Shown: positions 1-9,533 of the stretch, piece by piece | Numbering within the stretch: the first letter of the stretch is position 1 | Layout: each line of letters begins with the position of its first letter | Assembly (NCBI GenBank): GCA_046583315.1 | Contig: JAYGCN010000266.1 | Coordinates: forward strand, 1-18,477 | Length of the DNA stretch: 18,477 bases | Reading direction: 5' to 3' | Source of the DNA: Candidatus Hydrogenedentota bacterium | GTDB lineage: Bacteria; Hydrogenedentota; Hydrogenedentia; Hydrogenedentales; GCA-2746185 | Made by a program: the position numbers and the translations under genes | Notes under the pieces: generated by a model | Database searches by the model: none | What the model was told of the DNA's origin: nothing | What the model saw: only the letters and a program-made list of their open reading frames with translations

Positions 1-1
1 T

Positions 2-322
2 GCCGCTTCCGCGATCGCCGAATCCTGGAGCCTGCCGGAGACACTTTCCAACGCCCTCTTGTGCCACCACGCGCGCGCCGACCGTGTACTGAAAAATACC
101 AAGGACCCTCGTCTGAGTGCCCTCGTGCGTATCGCGAATCTCGCCGCGCATGATGATTTTCTAGCGGACGATCTGAAACCCGAAGATTTGCCGTCCTGCA
201 ATGATGATGAAGCGTGGGCAATATTGTCGGAAACCTTTCCGGTCGAAACGGTCTACGAACGCTTCGAACTACTTAACACTTTCGCAGCAGAATTGAAGAG
301 TTCACCAGAACTCACTTTATAA
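2..322 (+). CDS. HDOD-domain protein, C-terminal part (5' truncated by window edge)
   Basis: Frame is open from base 2: AASAIAESWSLPETLSNALLCHH..., matching the HDOD C-terminal pattern (x-IAExWxLPxxLxxAIxxHH). The ORF-track start at 59 is an internal TTG. Stop TAA at 320-322. Confidence 0.7.
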   Translation, partial: AASAIAESWSLPETLSNALLCHHARADRVLKNTKDPRLSALVRIANLAAHDDFLADDLKPEDLPSCNDDEAWAILSETFPVETVYERFELLNTFAAELKSSPELTL

Positions 323-353
323 TCAATACACTACCAAAGCAATAGGGGGACCG

Positions 354-626
354 ATGGTCAAGAAAGATAACGTCCATCTCAAATTAACCGAAGAACTCTC
401 CGAGATTGATTCAGAGCTCGACGATGCCTTGGAAGCATTAAGCACGACCAATCAACGGATCGATGCCTACCTCAACGGCGACGAAGATCCAGACCGATGG
501 TCCGACGCGACACCAGCAACCGAACTTCCTGATGTGGCCAACGAGCACGTGGTTGAATCGAACAAGGAGCCCGATGCGCAGGAAGATGCGTCGCCGGTGA
601 ATAAAAGTTCGGAGACAAGAGAGTAA
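354..626 (+). CDS. Small acidic hypothetical protein (90 aa) with a predicted N-terminal helix/coiled coil and disordered tail
   Basis: ATG preceded by an SD-like AGGGGGA. It fills the gap between the HDOD gene and the ABC-F promoter region. Heptad-like LTEELSEIDSELDDALEALSTTNQRI, then a D/E/S/P-rich tail. Confidence 0.7.
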   Translation: MVKKDNVHLKLTEELSEIDSELDDALEALSTTNQRIDAYLNGDEDPDRWSDATPATELPDVANEHVVESNKEPDAQEDASPVNKSSETRE

Positions 627-737
627 TCGAGGACGCTACTTTTCCCTTCTACTTTCACGCACTATCGAAACTCGTGTCTCACAATGCGCCAGTGAAGGTT
701 TTCCATTGGGCACGATTCGCTAAAAATTCTCGATTCA

Positions 738-746
738 TGGTAAAAT
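738..746 (+). promoter_or_regulatory. Putative extended -10 promoter (TGgTAAAAT) for the ABC-F gene
   Basis: TG-n-TAAAAT lies about 35 bp upstream of ATG 782; the -35 match is weak. Confidence 0.45.
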
Positions 747-781
747 CTTCATCTTAACTCCCAACAACCGATTATCTATTT

Positions 782-2683
782 ATGAGCTTTATTCGATTTG
801 AAAATATCACGAAATGCTACCAGGGAATGACTGTCCTGGATGCCATCGATCTGCGTATCGAGAACGGCGAAAAAGTCGGGCTGATTGGCCGTAACGGGAC
901 CGGCAAGTCAACCATTTTCCGCTTAATGACCGGCGAAATCGAAGCCGACAGTGGCCGCATCGAGCGAATGAAACGCCTGCGCACAGCATGCCTGGCCCAA
1001 TTGCCCGAGGTGGAACAGGATAAGACGCTGCACGACATCGTGTTGAGCCATTATCAGGAATTCCTCGACCAGGAAAAGCGCCTGGAATCGTTGGAAGTCC
1101 GAATCGGTGAAGGCGACGAATCCGTTCTGGATGAGTACGGCACACTACAGGAACACTTCAGCGTCGCCGGCGGGTATGACTTTCGTTCACGCATCAAACG
1201 CGTTCTATGCGGCCTGGGGTTTCTCGAAACGGAATTCTCACTGCCCTTTCACGTGCTCAGCGGCGGGCAGCGTACGCGCCTGATGCTGGCCCTCGTCCTG
1301 CTCGCCGATGCGGATCTGCTGTTGCTCGATGAACCGGAGAATCATCTCGATCTTCAAGCCCGAGAATGGCTCGAAAGTTTTCTCAAGGATTGGACCCGCG
1401 CACTGGTCATCATTTCCCATGATAGACAGATGTTAAACGTGGTCGCTTCGCGGATAATCGAGGTCGAATGTGGTGAATTGCGCAGTTTCCGTGGCAATTT
1501 TGATGCCTTTATAGCCGAAAAGGAACGCCTGCGCCAATCGCAGGAAAGTGCCTATCAGAAGCAACAGGAATATATTGAAAAAGAAGAGAAACGGATCAAC
1601 AAGTTTCGCTACAAGAAGAATAAGGCGAAACAAGCCCAGAGCTGGATCAAAAAGCTCGATAAACTCGAACGTGTCGAGGCCGTGAAATCCGAACAAGGGG
1701 CAACCAGCTTCGGATTGGGCGAAGTCGTGCGCAGTGGACAATTGGTACTGAACGCCCACGATCTATCCATGGGTTACGAGAACGTTCCGCTCTACGACGG
1801 CGTGTCTTTTACCGTTGAGCGAGGCGAGCGCGTTGGAATCATCGGCCCGAACGGCGTCGGAAAAACGACGCTTCTCAAACAACTGGCCGGACGCCACCAT
1901 GGCACATCCGGCACGGTCGAACTCGGTCCCAAAGTAACGATGGGCTACTACGATCAACAACACGAAGATCTTACCTCGAAATTAGAAGTTCTGATCGACT
2001 TTGAAAAGGAATTCCAGCAGCATTCGCGCGAGGCCCTGCGTTCGTTTCTCGGGCGATTCCTGTTTACTGGAGACGCGGTATTCAAACCCCTGAATACCCT
2101 GAGCGGGGGAGAGCGTAGTCGCCTGGCCATCGCGCGTCTCATTCTTCAAGGAGCAAACCTCCTGTTGCTTGATGAACCGACAAACCATCTCGACATTCTT
2201 TCGCGCGCTGCACTCGAAGAGGCGCTTGTGCAGTTCAACGGAACCATTTTGATGGTGTCCCACGATCGTCATTTGATCGATCGAATGGTCAATAAACTCA
2301 TCGTCGTCTCAAACGGGGCAGCCACCTGTCATCTTGGAAATTATTCGAACTATCGCGGGTCCATCACCGATAACACCGTCGAAGAGACCCGCGATCCGGA
2401 TGTGCTTAAAATCCGTAAACGCCGGAAAATCAACGGCAAGAACGGGCGCGCGGGCCAGAAGGACCGTAACAGACTCAAACGGCAACTGGACTCACTGGAG
2501 TCCAATATCGCGGATATTGAGGAGATTCTGGAGAGTTTTGATGTGCGTTTTCAGGATGTTGACCCTTCGGATTACACGGTTTTGGCCGATTTGAACTCTG
2601 AAAAAGAGGGCCTTTCGAAGGACCTCCAAGAGTTGTACGACAGTTGGGAAGGCCTGAGTAGTGAGTTACAATCGACCGAGTGA
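782..2683 (+). CDS. ABC-F family ATPase (Uup/YheS/EttA-like translation-associated protein)
   Basis: Two ABC domains (Walker A GRNGTGKST and GPNGVGKTT, signatures LSGGQ and LSGGE, Walker B LLLLDEPENHLD and LLLLDEPTNHLD, SHDR H-loops). A helical charged linker and a C-terminal coiled coil are present, with no TM segments. Confidence 0.93.
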   Translation: MSFIRFENITKCYQGMTVLDAIDLRIENGEKVGLIGRNGTGKSTIFRLMTGEIEADSGRIERMKRLRTACLAQLPEVEQDKTLHDIVLSHYQEFLDQEKRLESLEVRIGEGDESVLDEYGTLQEHFSVAGGYDFRSRIKRVLCGLGFLETEFSLPFHVLSGGQRTRLMLALVLLADADLLLLDEPENHLDLQAREWLESFLKDWTRALVIISHDRQMLNVVASRIIEVECGELRSFRGNFDAFIAEKERLRQSQESAYQKQQEYIEKEEKRINKFRYKKNKAKQAQSWIKKLDKLERVEAVKSEQGATSFGLGEVVRSGQLVLNAHDLSMGYENVPLYDGVSFTVERGERVGIIGPNGVGKTTLLKQLAGRHHGTSGTVELGPKVTMGYYDQQHEDLTSKLEVLIDFEKEFQQHSREALRSFLGRFLFTGDAVFKPLNTLSGGERSRLAIARLILQGANLLLLDEPTNHLDILSRAALEEALVQFNGTILMVSHDRHLIDRMVNKLIVVSNGAATCHLGNYSNYRGSITDNTVEETRDPDVLKIRKRRKINGKNGRAGQKDRNRLKRQLDSLESNIADIEEILESFDVRFQDVDPSDYTVLADLNSEKEGLSKDLQELYDSWEGLSSELQSTE

Positions 2684-2796
2684 AAATAAGCGTGGATTTC
2701 GGTCTTCCTGTTATGGCAGAATTGCGCCCTTAATTCGGCAAAGTTCACTTATTAACAGTTATTGACTTAAACACAATTTGGTGAGGAGATCCTCTC

Positions 2797-4416
2797 GTGA
2801 GTACCCTGGACCTAAGCTATCTCGGCATTACCGACTGTAAAACGCTTTACCGCAATCTATCCTACGAGGATATCTACGAACACGAATCCAACGATGCGCT
2901 GCAAGGGTTTGAAAAGTGCTATGCAACCACCAGCGGGTCCATGTCGGTGGATACCGGAAAATTCACGGGTCGCTCCCCCAAAGCCAAATATTTTGTGAAG
3001 GAAGATTCGTCACGTGGTGACATCTGGTGGGCGGGTCCCGATCGAAAGGGATCCAATAACCAACCGATCCCCGAATCCACCTGGGACCATCTGTTGAAAC
3101 TTTCGCAAGATCAGTTGAGCGGAAAAACGCTTTACGTGATCGATGGTTTTGCCGGTGCCAACCCGGAGACGCGTCTCTCGGTGCGTATCGTGTGTGAGGT
3201 GGCTTGGCAGGCTCACTTTTGCAAAAACATGTTCATTCGTCCCTCCGACGAAGAACTCGAAAACTTCGAACCGGACTGGACTATTCTAAACGCCTCCAAG
3301 ACGACCTGCCTGGATTATGAAAACCACGAGGGCCTGAACACAGAGGAATTCGTTGCGTTTCATGTGGCAAACGGCATGACGCTCATCGGCGGAACCTGGT
3401 ACGGCGGCGAAATGAAGAAGGGCATCTTTACGATGATGAACTACTTCCTGCCACTAAAAGGAATCGGTGCATTTCATTGTTCGGCAAACGAGGGGAAAGA
3501 TGGCGACACCGCATTATTTTTCGGACTGTCCGGCACGGGTAAAACGACACTCTCCACGGATCCCCATCGCGCTTTGATCGGTGATGATGAACATGGTTGG
3601 GATAACGACGGTATCTTCAATTTCGAAGGCGGCTGCTACGCGAAGACCATCGACCTATCTGCTGAAAACGAACCGGAAATTTTCAACGCCATTCGCCGTG
3701 ATGCGCTATTGGAAAATGTCGTCATCGGCGACGACGGCGTGGTGGACTATACGGACGGCTCGAAAACGGCCAATACACGCGTTTCCTACCCCATTGAACA
3801 CATTGACAACATCGTACGCCCGATATCGCGCGGCACACACCCCCGCAAGGTTATTTTTCTATCCTGCGACGCCTTCGGCGTGTTGCCCCCGGTCGCGAAA
3901 TTGACCAAAGAACAGGCAATGTACCTGTATCTGAGCGGCTATACGGCAAAAGTCGCGGGCACCGAGGTAGGTGTCATCGAACCACAGACCACCTTTTCAT
4001 CATGCTTCGGCGCACCGTTTCTCCTCTTGCACCCGACCGCCTATGCCCGGGTTCTCGGCGAGAAGATGGACCAGCATGGCTCAAGCGCGTATCTGGTTAA
4101 CACGGGATGGTCTGGAGGCTCCTACGGTGTCGGCGAACGCATGTCGCTCAAGATCACGCGCGCGATAATCGATGCCATCTTGAATGATAGTCTGGACGCA
4201 GCGGAGTTTGAAACCATGCCGATTTTTGGTTTTCAGATTCCAAAAGCAATCGAAGGCGTGGATAGTAACGTGCTCAATCCGCGGAATTCATGGGCCGATG
4301 CAGATGCCTATGATGCGACGGCAAAGAAGCTCGCGCAGTATTTCATCGATAACTTTCAGGTCTACATGGATACGCCGGAAGGAATAGCGGTCGCGCTGGC
4401 CGGTCCCAAGATCTAG
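2797..4416 (+). CDS. pckA: Phosphoenolpyruvate carboxykinase (ATP)
   Basis: Motifs [52 protein letters not shown] and NTRVSYP. GTG start with SD GAGGAG at 2783-2788. Confidence 0.98.
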   Translation: MSTLDLSYLGITDCKTLYRNLSYEDIYEHESNDALQGFEKCYATTSGSMSVDTGKFTGRSPKAKYFVKEDSSRGDIWWAGPDRKGSNNQPIPESTWDHLLKLSQDQLSGKTLYVIDGFAGANPETRLSVRIVCEVAWQAHFCKNMFIRPSDEELENFEPDWTILNASKTTCLDYENHEGLNTEEFVAFHVANGMTLIGGTWYGGEMKKGIFTMMNYFLPLKGIGAFHCSANEGKDGDTALFFGLSGTGKTTLSTDPHRALIGDDEHGWDNDGIFNFEGGCYAKTIDLSAENEPEIFNAIRRDALLENVVIGDDGVVDYTDGSKTANTRVSYPIEHIDNIVRPISRGTHPRKVIFLSCDAFGVLPPVAKLTKEQAMYLYLSGYTAKVAGTEVGVIEPQTTFSSCFGAPFLLLHPTAYARVLGEKMDQHGSSAYLVNTGWSGGSYGVGERMSLKITRAIIDAILNDSLDAAEFETMPIFGFQIPKAIEGVDSNVLNPRNSWADADAYDATAKKLAQYFIDNFQVYMDTPEGIAVALAGPKI

Positions 4417-4424
4417 TTCTTGCG

Positions 4425-5267
4425 CTAGATACGACTTTGACCGATATCCGCGAGCGCGATGCGTAATTCCTGGCAGTCCTGGAAACGATCTTTGGGGTTC
4501 TTGGCAAGCAGACGCATGATGATGTCGCCAAGATTTTGAGGGCACACGTCGAACACTTCAGTGGGATGAAACGGCATCTGTGAGAGATGGCACGCGTACA
4601 ATTTCTGCAGGTTGTCCACCTCAAAGGGTACCTTCTGGGTAAACATGATATACATCATGATGCCCAATGAATACATGTCTGAAAGTTTTGTGGCTTTCTC
4701 CTTGCGAACGAGTTCCGGCGCGGCAAACATCGGGGTCATTTGCTCTCCGATGCCTTGATCGAACATGGCCAAGATACCGCCACCGCCAGCAAGTGAAAAA
4801 TCGCACAGTTTCACCTGGCCTTTTCTCGTGAACAAGATGTTGGCCGGTTTCAGGTCGTGATGCATGAGTTTCTGATCATGCAGATAACCGAGACCGTTAC
4901 AAATCTGCGCGAGAATCACGAGGCGTTCTTGCAACTGAAAGGGACGATTCTCCAGATACCATTTCAAGTCTGGACCGTCGATGAACTCAAGCACCATCAC
5001 GTTGTCATTGCCTTCGGTGATGAAATCGTATATTTGAACAACATTCGCGTGATCCAGCTTCTTGAGACGTTTGACCGTCTTGATCATTTCCTTGGCGTGC
5101 GCTTTGTTGCGAAAGAAAGACGTGTGAAAACGTTTCAGCGCGACGACCTGACCCGTCTCCGTGTTTAATGCTCGATAGACCGTTCCCGATCCACCGCGGC
5201 CCATTTCCAATTGGAGCTTGTAGCCGATGAGTTCAGACTGGCTGGGCTGTTTGGGATATTCGCTCAC
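4425..5267 (-). CDS. Hanks-type Ser/Thr protein kinase, catalytic domain only, atypical motifs
   Basis: GRGGSGTVY glycine loop, VALK, HANVV, HHDLKPANIL, DFSLA, TPMFAAPE, SDMYSLG and PKDRF. No TM or sensor domain. The GTG start is 4 bp after the rsfS stop. Confidence 0.9.
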   Translation of the reverse strand: MSEYPKQPSQSELIGYKLQLEMGRGGSGTVYRALNTETGQVVALKRFHTSFFRNKAHAKEMIKTVKRLKKLDHANVVQIYDFITEGNDNVMVLEFIDGPDLKWYLENRPFQLQERLVILAQICNGLGYLHDQKLMHHDLKPANILFTRKGQVKLCDFSLAGGGGILAMFDQGIGEQMTPMFAAPELVRKEKATKLSDMYSLGIMMYIMFTQKVPFEVDNLQKLYACHLSQMPFHPTEVFDVCPQNLGDIIMRLLAKNPKDRFQDCQELRIALADIGQSRI

Positions 5268-5271
5268 AGGC

Positions 5272-5661
5272 TTAGTCCTCGTCTAATTCCAGATCGACCG
5301 ATTCAGCGTCCGCCCAGAATCCCTCGAGATCGTAGAAATCATAGGCTTCCTCGCGGAATATATGCACGAAAATCGTACCGTAATCCAACAAAAGCCAATT
5401 TCCGCCAATTTCACCTTCGCTATGATAAAGGGGCGCGCCGACTTCCTTCATGCCCCGTTTGACGCCGTTGAACATAGCCTTGAGTTGCGGATCGCTTGTG
5501 CCGCTACACATCAAAATGCAATCGGTCATGATGGTGTGCTCAGTGACATCGAAGGCTTTTATATTTTTCGCCTTGAAGCCCTCGAGGATATCCGCAATAC
5601 GGATCGCGTTGGGTAAGTAGTCCTTAAAATCTTTGTCTTGCTTTTTTACAAGCTTCGCCAT
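5272..5661 (-). CDS. rsfS: Ribosome silencing factor RsfS (Iojap/YbeB)
   Basis: KAKNIKAFDV, SGTSDPQLKA and EG...WLLLDYGTIFVHIFREEAYDFYDLEGFWADA form the Iojap family signature. Confidence 0.93.
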   Translation of the reverse strand: MAKLVKKQDKDFKDYLPNAIRIADILEGFKAKNIKAFDVTEHTIMTDCILMCSGTSDPQLKAMFNGVKRGMKEVGAPLYHSEGEIGGNWLLLDYGTIFVHIFREEAYDFYDLEGFWADAESVDLELDED

Positions 5662-5668
5662 TACGTAA

Positions 5669-7108
5669 TTATCCTTCGCTCAAGAGCTTGTCGAGCAGCT
5701 CATTAACAACTTTGGGATTACCCTTGCCTTTGCTGGCCTTCATACACTGGCCGACGAGGAAACCTTTTGCCTGCTTCTTCCCGCCACGGAAATCTTCGAC
5801 CGGACCCGGATTCGCTTCAAGTACCTCGCGGATCAAGCCCTCCAGTTCCCCGGCATCGCTGATCTGTACAAGACCCTTTTCTTCCACGAGGGTCTTGGCA
5901 TCTTTGCCGCTCTCGAACATATCCACGATAATCTCTTTGGCGATCTTGCCGCTGATGGTGCCGTCTTCAATTAGTCCAATCATCTGGCTCAACTGTTGGG
6001 GAATAATTTTAATTGCGTCAATACTCGTCTTGGAATCGCTGATCAGTGCTTGCAAATCACCCGTAATCCAGTTCGATGCTAATTTCGAGGCTGCACCGGC
6101 GTTCACCGTACCCTCAAAGTAGTCCGCCATCGCACGCGATCCGGTCAAAACCCCCGCATCATAATCCGAGAGCGTGTATTCTTCGATCATACGCTTTTTG
6201 CGAGGCAGGGGGAGTTCTGGCAGGGAGTCGGCGATTTTCTTCTCCCAGGTTTCATCCACCACAATTGGAACCAGGTCCGGCTCCGGAAAATAGCGATAGT
6301 CGTGGGCCGATTCTTTGGAACGCTGACTCACGGTAACATTTTTGACCGCATCCCAGCCGCGTGTTTCCTGATGAATTTCGCCACCATCATTTAGAATCTT
6401 AATCTGCCGCTTAATTTCGAATTCAATGGCCTTTTGCACGCCGGAGAAGGAGGCCACGTTCTTCACCTCGGTTTTCGTGCCGAATTCTTTCTGACCGACC
6501 GGTCGTACGCTAATATTTGGTTCGGCCCGAAGGGAACCTTCCTCCATGTTGCAGTCACTCACGCCGAGATAGAGGAGAAGCTGCTTAAGCGAGGTCAGAA
6601 AAGCGTAGGTCTGGTCCGCAGAACGCAAGTCGGGTTCGGTAACAATTTCCAACAAGGATACCCCGCATCGATTGAAGTCTACACCGCTCTGACCGCCACT
6701 AAGGGTATGGTCATTGCGGGCCGTATCTTCTTCGAGGTGCGCGCGGGTAATACCGACGCGGTCCAACTCTCCGTTGAATTCAAAATCAAGGTAGCCGTCA
6801 TGACACAGGGGCAAATCGAACTGGCTGATTTGGTAGTTTTTCGACTGATCCGGATAGAAATAGTTCTTGCGGTCCATCTTCGACCAGCGGGAGATTTCAC
6901 AGTTCAGAGCAAGACCCACCGCCACGGAGTTATTGATCATTTCCTTGTTCATCACCGGCAACGCACCGGGCAAGCCAAGGCACACCGGGCAAACGTGGGT
7001 GTTGGCCGGCGCATGGAATTCATTGGCGCAGGCGCAAAACACTTTTGAATCGGTATCAATCTCGACATGGATTTCCATGCCTATCACGGCTTCGTATTCC
7101 ATTGTCAT
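5669..7108 (-). CDS. gatB: Asp-tRNA(Asn)/Glu-tRNA(Gln) amidotransferase subunit B
   Basis: VIGMEIHVE, CPVCLGLPGALP, RKNYFYPD, HLEED, DFNRCG, EIVTEPD, EVKN, YRYFPEPDL and a C-terminal YqeY-like domain. The true start may be the second ATG (7102). Confidence 0.98.
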   Translation of the reverse strand: MTMEYEAVIGMEIHVEIDTDSKVFCACANEFHAPANTHVCPVCLGLPGALPVMNKEMINNSVAVGLALNCEISRWSKMDRKNYFYPDQSKNYQISQFDLPLCHDGYLDFEFNGELDRVGITRAHLEEDTARNDHTLSGGQSGVDFNRCGVSLLEIVTEPDLRSADQTYAFLTSLKQLLLYLGVSDCNMEEGSLRAEPNISVRPVGQKEFGTKTEVKNVASFSGVQKAIEFEIKRQIKILNDGGEIHQETRGWDAVKNVTVSQRSKESAHDYRYFPEPDLVPIVVDETWEKKIADSLPELPLPRKKRMIEEYTLSDYDAGVLTGSRAMADYFEGTVNAGAASKLASNWITGDLQALISDSKTSIDAIKIIPQQLSQMIGLIEDGTISGKIAKEIIVDMFESGKDAKTLVEEKGLVQISDAGELEGLIREVLEANPGPVEDFRGGKKQAKGFLVGQCMKASKGKGNPKVVNELLDKLLSEG

Positions 7109-7110
7109 CC

Positions 7111-8577
7111 TTATGCTACGGGCGCAACGCCCATGTCAATTCCAGAGTTCTGTTCATAGGCGTGTGCCACACGGAAGAGTTCGGCTTCGGCGAAGGGTTT
7201 AGCGATTAGCTGCAGGCCCGCGGGCAATTTCGCATCAGTCAATCCACATGGCAGCGAAATCGCAGGTACGCCCGCGAGGTTCACGGTGCTCGTGTAGATA
7301 TCGTTGAGGTACATTTCCAGCGGATCGGTCTTCGCGCCGAATTCAAAGGCCGCACTAGGCGTAGTCGGTGTCGCAATCACGTCACATTTTTCGAATGCCC
7401 TATCAAAATCTCGACGTATCAGTGCACGAACCTTCTGTGCTTTCTTGTAATACGCGTCGTAATAGCCACTCGACAGAACATAGGTCCCGAGCATGATCCG
7501 GCGCTGCACTTCCGGCCCGAATCCTTCGGTTTTGGTCATCGTGTACATCTCTTTAACGTCTTTGGCATCCGGATGACGAAACCCGTAACGCACGCCGTCA
7601 AAGCGCGCGAGGTTTGCACTTGCTTCGGCGGTCGCGAGAATATAGTAGACCGCGATACCGTAATCGGTGTGGGGGAGTTCGACTTCTACGACCTCGGCAC
7701 CCTGCTCTTTCAGCACCTCGACCGCCGCTTCAATTTTAGCACGCATTTCATCGCCGAGCGCGTCAGTGAAATATTCTTTGGGCAGACCGATTTTCAATCC
7801 CGACACGTCTTGACCCAGCGTCTCCCGATAATCCGGCACGGGGATATCCGCCGAAGTCGCGTCGAAGGGATCCTTGCCGCTGAGCACGTTCATCATCAGC
7901 GCAGAATCCTCGACATCCTTCGTGAACGGCCCGATTTGATCGAGTGAGGAAGCAAAGGCAACCAGTCCGTACCGGGAGATACGGCCGTAAGTAGGCTTGA
8001 GTCCGACACAACCACAGAACGCCGCAGGCTGTCGAATCGATCCACCTGTGTCCGAACCGATAGAAATCACTGCTTCGTTGGCCGCCACGCTCGCCGCCGC
8101 ACCACCGCTTGATCCGCCGGGTACGCAATTCAGGTTCCAGGGGTTCGCCGTTTTTTGCACGGAGGAGTTTTCAGTAGAGGACCCCATCGCGAACTCGTCC
8201 ATGTTCAATTTGCCAAGCATCACCGCGCCCGCATCGTTCATCTTGTTGACGACCGTCGCGTTATAGGGGCTCTTGTATCCCTTCAGAATCTTGGATGAAC
8301 AGCCCGTCGTGCCCGTCGTCGTCACGAGGTTATCTTTGAGTCCTATCGGAATGCCTGCCAACAGACCAGCATCGTCGCCAGCCTTGAACGCCGCGTCAGC
8401 CGCATCCGCCTGCTCCTGCGCCGATTCCTTCCAGGTTTCCAGATAGGCCTTCACATCGCCGTCAACCGCGTCAATGCGCGCATACTGTGCCGCAAGCAGA
8501 TCGGATGCCGTTACGGCTCCGTTGCGCAAATCATCGTGCAATTCGTGAGCCGTCCTGTAAATAGATTCCTGACTCAT
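7111..8577 (-). CDS. gatA: Asp-tRNA(Asn)/Glu-tRNA(Gln) amidotransferase subunit A
   Basis: Amidase signature GLKDN, GKLNMDEFAMGSSTE, PGGSSGG, GSDTGGSIRQPA, LARFDGVRYG and RRIMLGTYVLSSGYYDAYY. Confidence 0.98.
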   Translation of the reverse strand: MSQESIYRTAHELHDDLRNGAVTASDLLAAQYARIDAVDGDVKAYLETWKESAQEQADAADAAFKAGDDAGLLAGIPIGLKDNLVTTTGTTGCSSKILKGYKSPYNATVVNKMNDAGAVMLGKLNMDEFAMGSSTENSSVQKTANPWNLNCVPGGSSGGAAASVAANEAVISIGSDTGGSIRQPAAFCGCVGLKPTYGRISRYGLVAFASSLDQIGPFTKDVEDSALMMNVLSGKDPFDATSADIPVPDYRETLGQDVSGLKIGLPKEYFTDALGDEMRAKIEAAVEVLKEQGAEVVEVELPHTDYGIAVYYILATAEASANLARFDGVRYGFRHPDAKDVKEMYTMTKTEGFGPEVQRRIMLGTYVLSSGYYDAYYKKAQKVRALIRRDFDRAFEKCDVIATPTTPSAAFEFGAKTDPLEMYLNDIYTSTVNLAGVPAISLPCGLTDAKLPAGLQLIAKPFAEAELFRVAHAYEQNSGIDMGVAPVA

Positions 8578-8580
8578 CGT

Positions 8581-8877
8581 TTACTCCTGATCTAGAATGC
8601 GCGGAACGAGAAAAAATTCCCCGTCTTCCGCAGGAGCATTCGCCAGAACCACGTCACGCGGCAACGATTCGCCGACAATGTCTTCACGGTAAACATTGGT
8701 AAGTTCGAGCACATGCAGCATCGGATCAATGTCCTCCGTGTCCAATTCGTTCAATTTATCCATATACGAGAGAATATCGCCCATTTCCTGAACCAGCCGT
8801 TCTTTGGTATCATCGTCCAGAATCAACTGGGCCAGCCCAGCGACGTATTCAACGTCTTCGGTCGTAATTTTAGCCAT
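8581..8877 (-). CDS. gatC: Asp-tRNA(Asn)/Glu-tRNA(Gln) amidotransferase subunit C
   Basis: ITTEDVEYVAGLAQL...ILSYMDKLNELDT...REDIV...NAP...FFLVPRI; lies directly upstream of gatA. Confidence 0.96.
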   Translation of the reverse strand: MAKITTEDVEYVAGLAQLILDDDTKERLVQEMGDILSYMDKLNELDTEDIDPMLHVLELTNVYREDIVGESLPRDVVLANAPAEDGEFFLVPRILDQE

Positions 8878-8957
8878 TTCGGGTACCTTTTCCTGCCTGA
8901 ATTAAGGGGGGATCGTAGCATATTGAGGGTGTTTTATTCCATGAGCACGCGAGATTG
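8878..8957. promoter_or_regulatory. Compact divergent promoter region (gatCAB operon versus LOG operon)
   Basis: 80-bp gap between divergent genes. A minus-strand extended -10 TGcTACGAT (8920-8912) overlaps a possible plus-strand -10 TAGCAT (8916-8921). Confidence 0.4.
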
Positions 8958-9533
8958 ATGATTAATTCCGTGTGCATATTTGGCGCGTCCAGCATGACGC
9001 TCAGCGAAAGCTATCTCGGGCCTGCCCGCGCACTTGGTCGTTTGATGGGTGAGCAGGGCATCCAGCTCGTCTTTGGCGGTGGCCAGCACGGCATCATGGG
9101 AGCAGTCGCGGAAGGCGTGCATGAGCGCGGCGGATCGGTTCTCGGAATCATTCCCGACAAGCTCGATAAGGCGCACATATCCTACGCGGCGTCCGATGAA
9201 TGGATCGTTACTGAAGATTTGCGTGACCGGAAAGCGATCATGCAGGAGCGGTCCGATGCCTACATCGTTTTGCCCGGAGGATTCGGCACGCTGGATGAGT
9301 TGATGGAAAGCCTCTCGATGAAGCAGCTCGACTTTCATCGAAAACCGATAATCCTGTTGAACACGAATGGCTTCTTTGATGCCTTGCACGCATTTTTTGA
9401 TCACATGATCGCAGAGAACTGTCTTCGCAACGAGCATCTTGGGCTGATGCAGTGGGGGGATACGCCTGGGCAGGTCATTGCCTTGCTGCAATCCTACGTC
9501 CCGATCACGCCAACGGATAAATACAGCTCATGA
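8958..9533 (+). CDS. LOG family (TIGR00730-like) nucleotide monophosphate phosphoribohydrolase
   Basis: SVCIFGASS, LVFGGG..GIMGAVA, RKAIM and the LOG motif PGGFGTLDE, plus KPIILLN..GFF. ATG at 8958 (alternative TTG at 8955). Confidence 0.92.
   Translation: MINSVCIFGASSMTLSESYLGPARALGRLMGEQGIQLVFGGGQHGIMGAVAEGVHERGGSVLGIIPDKLDKAHISYAASDEWIVTEDLRDRKAIMQERSDAYIVLPGGFGTLDELMESLSMKQLDFHRKPIILLNTNGFFDALHAFFDHMIAENCLRNEHLGLMQWGDTPGQVIALLQSYVPITPTDKYSS

Noticed and set aside
2783..2794. GAGG-AGAT-CCTC mini-hairpin covering the pckA Shine-Dalgarno
   Set aside because: Only 4 bp of stem, too weak to claim translational control.
4411..4430. ATCTAG-N8-CTAGAT inverted repeat between convergent pckA and kinase
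   Set aside because: It arises because both genes end in ATC-TAG. The stem is short and AT-rich with no U-tract, so it is not a credible terminator.
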